The notes beneath the pieces are model-generated. The model saw only the letters and a program-made list of their open reading frames with translations. It was not told the DNA's origin and did not search any database. A stretch of 63,950 nt of DNA, filler included, from Reclinomonas americana ATCC 50394 (lineage: Eukaryota), in assembly GCA_048213135.1 (NCBI GenBank). It is 6 parts of 4 records of this genome, joined end to end, with 100 filler letters (N's around TTAATTAATTAA, not from the genome) between each part and the next. Parts side by side here need not be neighbours in the genome. Positions count along the whole stretch, not along the records: positions 20,062 to 41,362 come from PS015229.1; positions 41,463 to 57,645 come from PS015229.1; 4 more parts are not named here. One strand, 5' to 3'. The translations under genes were made by a program, and so were the position numbers. Within the stretch, counting starts at the first letter, position 1. Every line of letters starts with the position of its first letter. This document shows, one piece after another, positions 21,967-42,189 of this stretch.

Positions 21967-23020
21967 CTACACGACACCGCCGCGGGGCAAAACGTAGACA
22001 AACATCAGCACCCACGTGGTGACGACAATGGCAACGAAGAAAAACGCCATGCACACTCCACCCGCCAGGAACAGGCCACAACGTGAGGGTGGGCTGCCGC
22101 CGTACGATCCTCGAATATTGATCGTGTACGTAGTGTTGGTCTCTGCTATCGAGCCGGCTGCGAAGGTGGAGTAGTCCGTCGCCCCGATGCCGCCACGCAG
22201 CTGGTGATGGGACTCGCTGGTGATTTCGAACGAATCGTGTGACATGAACATGGCGGTGAGGCCGCGTTGGCGCTTGGTGACACTGTACACCGGCAGGCGC
22301 TCTCCCGAGGGCGTAACATCCACGCGCTGTCGACGCACATCGTATTCGATTTGTCCGAACGCGAACACCGTTATCGTCATGCATGCAGGCCACATGAACG
22401 CAAAGGTCACGTCTGCGTGGTCGAACGGATCGCTGTCTGTGAGGTCCGGATAGACCAAGACCAGGATAAAGGCGGTGAATTCGAGGGCGCACGGAAGCAG
22501 CACGGGAAAGACAGCCCAGATGAACGAGCAGAGCTTGTCGCTCACACACTGACAGCCTCGTGTCCACGGCACACAGTTACCGACGCCCATGAAGGGCGTC
22601 GAAAAGGCTATGAAGCTGGCGATGCCGACAGAGATCATAGCGCTGAGAGTCAAGCCACACATCACCGGACTGCCCAGCGTCTGTGGTGGAAATCGCTGCC
22701 AGAGCAGAACGAGGAACACCAGGTGCAGGACGTGCCACAAGAGGTGCGGCAACATGTCCAGGAAGAGGTTGGCGAGCACGAACAGCTCTGCACGTCGTTT
22801 GACGGCTTCGTCGACCAAAGCAAAGTCCTCGTCAGACGATGCAGCAGGCACAGGCGCCACGTGCACAGTAGTTTTTTCGTCGTCATTCTGCAGTTGGTTG
22901 ATGTGGGCGCTGGCGCCGGCGCCATCGGCGTCGGTCGAGGCAGGAGGTGCAGCAGCAATACCAGTGGGTAGCAACAAGGGCTGACCTTCGTCAATGCGCT
23001 CGTCCGCAAACTGTGCAAAC
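21967..23020 (-). CDS. Uncharacterised multi-pass membrane protein; further upstream exon(s) likely to ~23230
   Basis: Long open exon (336+ aa) with about five hydrophobic segments (e.g. LLWHVLHLVFLVLLW, FIWAVFPVLLPCALEFTAFILVLVY, LFLAGGVCMAFFFVAIVVTTWVLMFVYVL). Confidence 0.65.
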
Positions 23021-23276
23021 AGCGCAGCAGTGAAGAGTCAGCTGCAGAGCAATTTGGCGACGTCATCACTTCGCGTTGGTACCTCTGTCTTCGACAGGTC
23101 TTCTTCTGCCGCTGCGCTTCCTTGGAGGTCCTCTCCCCTCGAACTCACTGCGAGGACGAGAGTCAGACACAGAGCGCAGAGCATTCATGATCACAACACT
23201 TCCGAATTCTGTCGATCTCGCACGTGCATGCATTGCACGTGTACGCCACACAGCGACACGTGCGCATGTGTGTGTG

Positions 23277-23312
<36 letters not shown>

Positions 23313-23660
23313 TATACGCGTGTGTGACAATGGGCGTACTTTTCTCCTCCAACACGTTTTTCTGAAAAGACAAAATGCGAACACGGCAAGCATTTACACT
23401 CGTGTCCGATTTGTGACCGGACGGGAAGAGTCGATGCCTCAGGGCAGTTGGCACCGACAATTGCGCAACGTGTTGAATTCTGGAATTTGAAGGCCATCTT
23501 CCTCGTGTTGCATTAATATTCACTGCAGTTGCGCAAGTCGACGCGCGCGCGAAGCTCAATTGCAAATTTGCCGACGTCGATCGCGCGCGACTTGAGGCTG
23601 GCACGCTCTGCCTCGTACAACAACGGCACTTTAGTATCCAAGCAGCAACACAGCCGCATT

Positions 23661-25376
23661 ATGACCAGTGAGCGCGCAAGGCACAGAGACATCTCACAAA
23701 CGCGAGAAAAAAGTAACGTCGGGTGTTGTCGACGTCGCCCTCTCGCTCTCGCACTCTCCTCTCCCTCTTTGCCTGCCTGTCTNNNNNNNNNNNNNNNNNN
23801 NNGGGATGAGCTCGACGAGTGCTTGGATGCCGTGGCGCCTGCGTTCTCCATGGATGGCATCTCGCGGCAGGTGTTGCGCGACAAGCTGGCGCTGATTGGA
23901 CTGCGCACGGTCGACGATCTGCGGCGCTTTGTCGACACCCCCGCCGTGTTTGATATCAATCAGCAGCTGGTGGATGTGTGCACGCATCCGGTGCGTGATG
24001 TCATCTTCCGGGCGATCTATGATGTGGCCGACTGCGCGGCGGCGCAGCATGCGATGAGTCCGCGCAGTCGCCTGCCGACGCCGACACTGCGTGATGTGTC
24101 GGAGCTGCGCGTGCGGCTCTTTGCGTTTGCCGACTTTGTGGTCGGCGACTGGCCCAAGGGCATTGAGGTGCCGGAGGCGGTGGAGGCGGTGCCGGCGGTG
24201 CTGGAGGGCTTCCGTTTGTCGCTCAACTTCCGCCCCGATCCGCACCTCTTTGAGGGGCACTTGAATTTGGTGCCCGACGAGGCCAGCTGCGTGTACGGCG
24301 TCATCTACGAGTTGCCGGCGGCTACCGTGGCCCGCCTGCTCACCGCCTCTGGTGTGCACGATGGTTTGCGCCACGCGGCATTCGTGGACGTCAATCGATG
24401 TGCGTTCTTGCTTTACTTCTCCTTCTTGTTTTGTTTTGCGTTCTCACTCGGCGACCGGGGCACAGCCGCGGACGGGGAACTGCTGCGCGCTCTGGTGCTG
24501 GTCGGCGGCAATAAGTACATTGGGGACTCGGATGCACTGCAGCTGCGCGACTCGGAGCTCATGCGTCTCGTGGAGTGCGAGCGCCTGCTGCCGGCCGACT
24601 ATCGCGAGTCGCTGCGTGAGCGCTTCACGCCGTGTCTCGGCGCCGATTTCAACGAATCGCGCCCGGTTCTCTCGCCCGTGTTTGCACGCCCGGCCTCGCC
24701 GTCGCCGCTGCTCGCCGGTTCCCCCACCGCCTCGCCGTCCGCCTCGCCCGTGCTTGGCTCGCCGGCACGCGCCACAGCCGCGTCTCCTCTCCTGCGCAGT
24801 GTTCTCACTGGCACACCGTCGCCGCCGGCGTCTCCGCGCGGCATCAATCGCGGCGGACTTGCCAATGGCGGCTCCGGAACCGCGCTGCAGCAGTTGCTGC
24901 GCCAGTCGTTGATGCCGGTGGATCCGCACCACCTGCCACTGTACGTGCCCGGCACGCTCCCGCAATGCGTGGATCAGGTGACCGCCGAGTGGCTGGAGGG
25001 AGCCGTCAAGATTGAAGTGTTGCGTGTCGCTGTGCATGCACGCAGACTCGCGCATATATGCTCACGGTATATCGACAGGTGCTCGTTGCTGAATCCGGAG
25101 GAGCGACTACGCGGCAGCGCGGTGAGCGACGAAGGCTTGCTCTCCGTCGGCTACTTGGTGTGGTACAATCGCAACACCTTCCCCGACAAGATGGCTGCAC
25201 GTGACGTGATTGAGGGATTCCCCGCCAAGGCATCAGTGCGTCACACGACAGAGCGAGAGAGGGAGGAATGATTTTTGCGGCTGACTTGCACTCCACAGCG
25301 CGGTGTTCGACTTGCGTACGCGGGATTCGGCAGCGAGGCCACGGCGGCCGTCGTCTACATGCCACTGATTGGCTAA
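23661..25376 (+). CDS. Multidomain protein with a degenerate gamma-glutamylcyclotransferase (GGCT/AIG2)-like domain, a Ser/Pro-rich linker and an unknown C-terminal domain; start uncertain
   Basis: LFAFADF...AVLEGFRLSLN...NLVPDEASCVYGVIYEL...LLTASG resembles the GGCT pattern (YFAYGSN...AxLxGYRLxF...VxGVLY.L...LDxxEG). Three or four GT-AG introns give an ORF ending ...VVYMPLIG*. Confidence 0.6.
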
Positions 25377-25470
25377 CAATCTCTTCATCGTCTTCCTCTT
25401 CTTCTGCTGCTGCCGCCCACGCAACCAAAGTTTTTGCTTGTATCTGTATTCTCGGCCACCCCTCCCTGAC

Positions 25471-26997
25471 TCATTCCTTAAACGTCACCAACATTTGCTT
25501 CTCGCCCACCATGCCGCCAACTGTGAAATTCAGCGACTCGATCACACCATCGGCCGGTGCCTTGACCGTGTGCTGGAGAGCAGCGAGTGCATTTAGGGAG
25601 ATGAAATGCAGAGAGAAACAACTTAGGGTAACAAACCTCCATCTTCATGGCCTCCAGAATGAGAAGCGGCTGGCCCTTCTTGACGGTTTCGCCCTTGCTG
25701 ACCATCGCCTTGACAATCTTGCCAGGCATTGGAGCCATCAGCGAGTGGCCTGCACCAGCGGCAGCGCGCTCATAGTGACCTGTTGTGGACGTGATAGTGA
25801 GAGGCCCAAAACAAAAAAAAAATGCGGATTATGAAGAGTCGGCGACAAACCACGCTGGCGCACAAAATCGTAGCGACGGCCGCGGTCGAGGAACAAGGCC
25901 ATGCGATCGCTCGCGGCGTGATTCACGTACTTGATCTCTCGGCGCTCGCCGTTGACAATGGCCACCAGCACGAAGGCCTCGGCTGTGCACGGTGGTGAGC
26001 GGCTACGGAAAGTACACCGTATCTTCTACGCACCCTTTTACCACAGCACGCACCTTCCGAGGCAGACGGCAGGCGATTGAAGCTCTTGACCTCCACATCA
26101 AACGCGCCATCGGCGGTGGCAATGTGCACCTTCTTGGCCGACTCGATGGTGGCATCCACCGACGTGCTCACCGTGCCCGATTCGACATGCATGTCGACGG
26201 GCATGGTGATGTTCAACTTGCGAGTGGCAGCACCGGTGGTGCGGAAGCCCGACAGTTGAGTCCACGGGCCGGGGTTGCTGTCGACTGTAGNNNNNNNNNN
26301 NNNNNNNNNNNNNNNNNNNNNNNNNNNNNNNNNNNNNNNNNNNNNNNNNNNNNNNNNNNNNNNNNNNNNNNNNNNNNNNNNNNNNNNNNNNNNNNNNNNN
26401 NNNNNNNNNNNNNNNNNNNNNNNNNNNNNNNNNNNNNNNNNNNNNNNNNNNNNNNNNNNNNNNNNNNNNNNNNNNNNNNNNNNNNNNNNNNNNNNNNNNN
26501 TTGGCGAGGTCAGAGAGAGAGAGAGAAGGGGGGAGAAAGGGAGAGAAGGGGGGAGAGAGGGGAGGGGAAGGGGAAGGGGAGAAGAGGGTGGAGAAAGATG
26601 AAGAGGCGGCGAGGGGGAGAAAGCAAGAGAGGGGGAGGGCGAGAAAGAAAGATAGATGCACACGCTCTCACATACAGCGAGAGGGATTGAGCGAAAGATG
26701 CACACACACATGCACACACATAAACCTGCATAGAGAAAAAGAGAGGGAGAGACACACACGCGCTCACTTGTGCACACAGTCACACTCACACACACAGATG
26801 TACACGCGCTCTCGGGCACCGACTGACTCGTGCAAACGAATGCACGCACAAATACACTTGCACCCACTGAGAGAGAATAAGAGGGACACGAGAATGCGCT
26901 CACTTGCACTCCCATACAAGCACACACTCGCACACCTAACTCTTGCAATCACAAAGAGACAGGAGGGACGCACTGACTAACTCTTGCGCACCCCTGA

Positions 26998-27031
<34 letters not shown>

Positions 27032-30000
27032 TTCGCCCATACACACACCCTTCAGCGCAGCAGCATCGACACTGAGCTGCACAGCAGCCATCAGCGCCGC
27101 AGCCTCAGTCGGCACCTTGGTCAGCGGTGCAAACAGCGCGTCGCGGTTCTCCTGCAACACCAATGTTAGTCTCATCTCTGACGCGCGCACCCACATCAAT
27201 ACAGACCTTGATAAAGTTGGTGTCGACTGCACCACTGCAGTACGCCGGGTGGCGGGCACAGGCCTTGAGGAACTCAATGTTGGTCGGCAGCCCAAACACC
27301 TGCACGCACACCGAGTGAGTGAGCACGCACACCGAAGAACAACAACAAAAAGAAGTGCGACGCACATGGAACTGGTTCAGGGCGCGGCTCAACGCACGCA
27401 ACGCCTCCTCGCGGTTTGGCGCATTCACCACCATCTTGGCAATCATAGGATCGTAGTAGATGCTGACCTCGTCGTTCTCACGCACGCCCGAGTCGATGCG
27501 CACGGCAGTCGCCGCGGCGGGCACGACAAACGACACGTGGTTCGGCGTCGACATGTGCAGCAGCTTGCCCGTGCCCGGGAGGAAGTTGCTGGGTGCGCAT
27601 GCAAAGTGAGACAGGGAGGGGAGGGAGGGGGAAGAGAGGAGAGGGGGAGGGGGAGGGAGGAAGACGGGACATAATGACAGAGAGTGAGAGAGAGGGAGAA
27701 GAGACAGAGGGGATGAAACACGAAAAGTCAGGTCGGAAAATAAGAGGCAGAAGGAGACAGGCACACAAATAGAGATTGAGACAGACTGACTGACACACAC
27801 ACATTCACGCACACGCACACACAAAGAGAGAGAGAGAGAAGGACAGAGAGGAGGGGGGGGGGCACAAAGGTAAACAGATGAACAACACATGCATTAAGAA
27901 AAGAGAAAAAGCACAAACACATTGAGAGAGAGAGAGACACACACACGCACCCAAACACTCAAAGAGAGAGAAGGTCAGAGTAAGAGGGCGCACAGGTAAA
28001 CAGAGAGAGAGAAAACAAAGACATGTTCTGAAAAAGATAGCGAGAGTGATACACACAGATACACGCACTTTGTGTGAGACAGAGGAGCAACAAAAGTGAT
28101 TGTGCCACACACTCAGTCCGTCAATGCCTCCAGCTACGCAACTTGTCGGGATTCTCCGAGTAGATGCGAGCCTCAATGGCGTGTCCAATTCGCTTCAGCT
28201 CGTGCTGCGCCTTTGGCAGCGTCTCGCCGCGCGCCACCAGCACCTGCCACCGCACCAAGTCCTCGCCAGTGATGGCCTCGGTGACCGGGTGCTCCACTTG
28301 CAGACGCGTGTTCATCTCCATAAAGTAGAAGGTGCCCTCGGTGACGTCGAAAATGAACTCCACAGTGCCTGCGCCCAGGAAAAGGGTGGGTGAGAGTAAG
28401 TCGGAGAGTGAGAAAGGGGCGGTGGGACACGCACCGGCGCCCACGTAGCCGACAGCGCGAGCCGCAGCCACCGCGGCCTCGCCCATTTGCTTGCGCAGTT
28501 CCTCCGAGAGTCCAGGCTGTGAGAACATGCGGGGAAAGGGGACAGTGAGGGGAAGGAGACTATGGGGAAGGGAGGGACAGAGAGATCCGTGGTGAAGGAG
28601 GGAGAACGACAGCACGATAAGAACTTTGGAGATAAGCGGGGAAGAGAGACAGAGAGCAGTGAGAAAGTGAATTTGAAGAGGTGAGAAAAAGAAAGAGTAA
28701 GGGAGAAGGAAGGGAATGGGATGGGAGAGAGAAAGGAGTGCGATAGACCAAGGGAGAGATGCTGGGAGGAAGGGAAGGAAGGAGAGGAGAGGAGAAGGGA
28801 GAAGGACAGTGAGCTCCCACGGAAAATCAATAGGACAGATCGAGAAGAAACGTAGATTGATTGATGGGGGAAGAGTGAATGTTTTGCGGGCAGGAGAAGG
28901 GCCGACGCTTCTCTTGCACTCCTGCTTTCCCACGAGCCACTCACCGCTGGCGCCTCCTCGAGAATCTTCTGATGCCTTCGCTGCACGCTGCAATCGCGCT
29001 CGAACAAGTACACGGCGTTTCCATGCATGTCGGCAAACACTTGGAACTCGACATGGCGTGGTCGCTGAATGTACTTTTCGACGAGGACACGATCGTCCTT
29101 GAACGAAGCCATGGCCTCGCGCTTCGCGCTGGCCAGCATCTCCACAAAGTCCTGCAGCACTGATGATTCAGCATTCTTCCACGCACAACGATGGTGCATG
29201 TGACCCCTCACCTCCTTCTTCTCCACAATGCGCATGCCCTTGCCGCCACCACCCGACACGGCCTTGATCATTACTGGGTAGCGGATGCGGTCGGCCTCAC
29301 GCAACAGTGTCTCCAGTGACTGATCGTCGCCATGGTAGCCCGGCACGCAGGCCACATTGGCGGCCTCCATGATACGCTTCGACTCACTGCGCGGCCTCGT
29401 CGTCAACAACAGCACCATCAACACAAGTCACCGGATAGACACTTGCCTCTTGGAGCCCATGGCACGAATGGCAGAGGGCGGAGGGCCCATGAAAATGACG
29501 CCGTTCTTGTCGCACATCTCCGAGAACTCGGCATTCTCACTGAGGAAGCCGTAGCCCGGGTGGATGGCCTGCGCGCCGACGCTCTTGGCCAGCTGAATGA
29601 TTCGCTCGCCCACGAGGTACGACTCGCGTGCAGCCGGCGGTCCAATGAGGTATGCTTCGTCGGCCTGGGTGAAAGAAGGAAAAGGGTGGAATAGGGGGAA
29701 GATGAGAGGCTCGACAAGAGGACTTCTCTCTCAACAGACGACTTCTCTTGGCAAAAGAAAGCACGTCTTTCTGCCAACTCTCTGTTGTGCAGGAGAACAG
29801 TGAAGAGGGATAGACAGGCAAGACACGACAAAGTAGTCTTCTCATTCTTCTTGCCAGACACAGAGAGGCACTATCAGGCGAGACACGTCTTAACAGGCAC
29901 AGTGCATTGACTGACAAGGCACACCAGGTGATGAACAGACACACAGTGCACCGACACGCATGCCACCATGCAAGTCTCATCGGCTTTTCTAACTGCACAC

Positions 30001-30559
30001 CGACGGGTCATCGACTGGCAAGGTACACCAGGTGATGAACAGACACACAGCGCACCAACACGCATGCCACAATGAAAACTGACTGGCAAGACACAGCAGG
30101 TGATGAACAGACACACAGTGCACCAACACGCATGCCACAATGAAAGTCTCATGGGCTTTCTAACTGCACACTGACTGGCAAGGCACAACAGGTGATGAAC
30201 AGACGACACGCATGACATCATGAAAGTCTTCTAGCTGCACACTGACGGTGCATCGACAGGCAAGGCACAATAAGCGTCCCTGCATAGACACAAGTCTCTT
30301 CTTTCTGTTGTTTGCTGAATCAACGAGAGACATTCCGCGTCGCCTAACACACATGAAAACACAGTGCATCCACTGCCCGACAAGATTCCGACATTCCCTG
30401 ACCACTGTCTCTCTCCAACAAGGACACACACACGGAGTCAGGCACACACACACACACAGAGAGAGAGAGAGAACGTGTGAGGGAGTGAGTGAGAGTGTGT
30501 GTCTGTGTGTGTGCGTGAAAGAGACGACAGAAGACACGTAAGAGATGAAGAGCTCTGTC

Positions 30560-30598
<39 letters not shown>

Positions 30599-30695
30599 NN
30601 NNNNNNNNNNNNNNNNNNNNNNNNNNNNNNNNNNNNNNNNNNNNNNNNNNNNNNNNNNNNNNNNNNNNNNNNNNNNNNNNNNNNNNNNNNNCTCT

Positions 30696-30740
<45 letters not shown>

Positions 30741-31164
30741 CCTTCTCCCCTCCCTTACACACCATCTGCACATGCTTCGAGTTCGCATCGGCCTCCGAGT
30801 ACACCGCAATCGAGCGAATGTTCATGGCGCGCGCCGTCTGCATCACTCGGCAGGCAATTTCACCGCGATTCGCCACCAGAATCGTGTCAATGTGCCGCGG
30901 AGCTAATAAAGAAGAAGAACAAGAGAGAGAGGAGAGACAGAGAAATTTTGAGCTGATGCAGTGAAAAATGCGACCAGTGGTGCTTCACATGAGTCTCATG
31001 TGTGTGTGAGTGAGAGTGTGAGAGAGAGTGTGTGTCTGTGTGTGTAAGAGAGAGTAGGTGAGTGCGAAAGTGTGCGACAGTGTGCGCAAGTGTGTGAAAG
31101 TGTGTGCAAGTGTGTGCAAGTGAGTGAGTGAGAGCGAGTGAGTGTGAGAGTGTGTATGTGTGTG

Positions 31165-31196
<32 letters not shown>

Positions 31197-31487
31197 AGAC
31201 AGAGTGCAAAACTTGGAGAAACGCGGAGGCAATCACTTGCGTGAAAGTGCATCAGTGAGCGCGAGAGTGCCTCTCTCACTCACACGCCACATGCCTCCAT
31301 CTCTCTCATGTACACAAGAGGAGCACACAGAGCACACTCTCTCTCTCAACACAAACACTGCGGCCATTTCCGCGCACAAAACACACGCACACTCACACGT
31401 ACCTGTAGCAGCAGCCTTGGCGGAGAACGCACGCAGCTGCATCAGCGACGCAGAGGCGGCGATTCGCCCGCGCGCGAGGAGCAGCAT
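25471..31487 (-). CDS. MCCC1: 3-methylcrotonyl-CoA carboxylase alpha subunit (biotin carboxylase + biotin carrier), mitochondrial
   Basis: Transit-like N-terminus [91 protein letters not shown], and the biotinylation motif EAMKME; 13 introns. PCCA is not fully excluded, but PGYHGxDQS and [13 protein letters not shown] favour MCC. Confidence 0.88.
29895..30270. repeat. Intronic minisatellite, 4-5 copies of a 68-105 bp unit
   Basis: GACTGGCAAGGCACACCAGGTGATGAACAGACACACAGTGCACCAACACGCATGCCAC recurs with variation; GTGATGA starts at 29928, 30032, 30100 and 30192. Confidence 0.9.
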
Positions 31488-31770
31488 GGCGATAGGTAAT
31501 GAAATTTCAAGTCGATAAAAGAACCTTTTCTCAACGGCGTTTGGCAACTCGAATCAACATCGGTACAACTACAATTGCATAGAGATAGGCATTGTACTGT
31601 TGAATCCGAGGCGATTGAGGTGCAATGGGATGAGAAATTCGAGCGTCGACGTTCGGAGCTGGCGCTTCTGCAAGCGTTTCTGGAGCGCAGTTGAGGTAAT
31701 AAGCATGGTGTACGTGCGTGGGGGCTGCTGTTTGAATTAGCAAAGCGATGTGAGGCTGGTTGCATGGTCA

Positions 31771-39764
<7,994 letters not shown>

Positions 39765-39811
39765 AATGAAAAAGAGCCAGAGACCGTGTGTGTGGTTCTA
39801 TTATGTGAGGC

Positions 39812-41131
39812 TTATTCGAGGGAGCGCCGGATAAACATGTGCAGCTTGGACATGGTGGAGTCGCCGACACCGTGCACGCCGGCCTCCTGCTCCACGAAGG
39901 CGAGCCTGCCAATGCAACAAGTAAGAGGGTGAAGGGGGCAATTGCGGCAAGGGAGAAGGGCGCAACAATTTCGCCTTCAGCGCCTCCGGTTCCGAGGTCT
40001 CCACCTCGATGCCCCACGTGGTGCCGAAATCGTACTGCCGCAAGCAGGGTGAATAGATGGATAGGAGGGAAAGGACGAGAACAACACAGCACTCACCCGC
40101 GTCTCGTCGAGCTCCAAATGCACGCCCTCAAACGGAAACACGATTCGCGTGTTGTGGAAACCGCCCAGATACACCACGTCTTCCAGGTGGAAGTCGGCGC
40201 GCACCTGATCGAGCACCTCGCTGTCTCATTGCGCAGGCACGTGAGACATACAGCTGGTCACTCAGAGTGACCGACATTTTGCACGCACCCTCCCATGGTC
40301 AGCAACAGACTGGGATTTTCCAGCGCGAGACGCGCCTGCGTCGCGTCGATCGATTCCTCGCGCTGCGTACGACGGCAGCTGGTCAGTCAGACGGGTGCAG
40401 GGAGAGAAATGGAAAGACATAAGAGTACGCACCTCCTCCACGCGCATGATCCCATCGCGAAGCTTCGGGTTCGACTTGTACGTCACACGGCACTGGTCGT
40501 CGTAGAAACGCAATCGCAAAGCCGCGCGAGAGGCAGCCCTGATGTGGGGAGAAGGAAAGAGGGGAAAGAGGGGAGAGGGAGAGTGAGAGAATAACACAGG
40601 CAGTTGCCACAAAATTAGAGTAAGCACGACAAGAGGACCCTCCAAGGCAAGACCGCGCAGGTACCACAAAAACAACCGAACAAGCAACCAAGCACGACAG
40701 AGGGAAAGGCATGATCAGCGAGGATGCTAGTGAATGCAACTCGGCAGTGTGCCGCAAGGTACGGAGCAAAGCCAGACAAGACAGCGCAGTACAACGACAC
40801 GGAAGACCCCAATGGACAAGGATGCCCCAGCATGCACTCTGCAGTGTGCATGAAGCTACGGGCCTGCACAGATGGGATAGATGGGTGCCTCTCTCGAGAG
40901 GGAAAGAGTGCGGCTTCCCCAGCAGTAGTACGTGGGTGGCGAAGGTGACAGATCCAGCTGCTCCTGCATGTCTCTCTCTCTCCCCCCCTTCCGCAACAAT
41001 CGACCATCGCTGGCATCGAAAAAGTTATTGTGCTGCTCGTACACGCGCTGCGGCTCGCCCAACACTCGCACACAAGCCGCACGCACTTGCTCGTACGCCT
41101 CTGCACTCGGAAGCCGAAGCTTCACCTCAAC
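39812..41131 (-). CDS. CYTH-domain triphosphate tunnel metalloenzyme (TTM3/CyaB-like); first exon missing
   Basis: VEVKLRL (ExExK motif), QHNNFFD...ALRLRF, LGGFHNTR...LELDET.YDFGT.WGIEVET, STMSK. Confidence 0.85.
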
Positions 41132-41220
41132 CTATAGAGGGGAAGTGAGGAGAAAGAGAGGAGCTGGAGGAGGAGGAGGAGGAGGAGGAGGAGGAGGAGG
41201 AGGAGGAGGAGGGAGGGGAG

Positions 41221-41362
<142 letters not shown>

Positions 41363-41462
41363 NNNNNNNNNNNNNNNNNNNNNNNNNNNNNNNNNNNNNN
41401 NNNNNNTTAATTAATTAANNNNNNNNNNNNNNNNNNNNNNNNNNNNNNNNNNNNNNNNNNNN
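41363..41462. other. Artificial scaffold linker
   Basis: N44-TTAATTAATTAA-N44. Confidence 0.97.
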
Positions 41463-41845
41463 GAACAAGATGAGAAAGAAGAAGAAGAAGAAGGAGAGAA
41501 AGCAAGAGACAGGAAGGAGGAGAAGACAAAGAACGGAAGAATGCGACAGAGAAACATGCAACGAATAAGAGAAAGAGAGAGAGAGTGTGTGTGTGAGAGA
41601 GAGAGAGAACAGGGAGAGAAGAAGGCAGGAGGAGACAGCACGAGAGACAAACACGCAAGAAAGCAGGGCACAGAGACATGAATTGCAACGAGTGAGAGTG
41701 TATGAACACAAAAGAGACAAGAACGCCTTCTCTAACACACCTCCATAGGCGGCGGAGCAGCAGACATTCTCACAAGAAACACACACACACAAAACAACGA
41801 AGAGACAGAGAAATTTTGTCTCTCTCATCTTTTCACACACACACA

Positions 41846-41989
41846 ATGTCTCACGAGGAAGGCGGCAGTGGAGGAGGCGACTTGAACAGTGAGATTACCA
41901 AGTTCGCTGAGGCCACTGATGAGTTGCATCGGCGAGTGCATGATTTGCGCGAGGCAATGGCCCGCAAAGATGAGGTGAGCACAGAGCAC

Positions 41990-42064
<75 letters not shown>

Positions 42065-42099
42065 AGAGTGTAGTGTGTANNNNNNNNNNNNNNNNNNNN

Positions 42100-42189
<90 letters not shown>

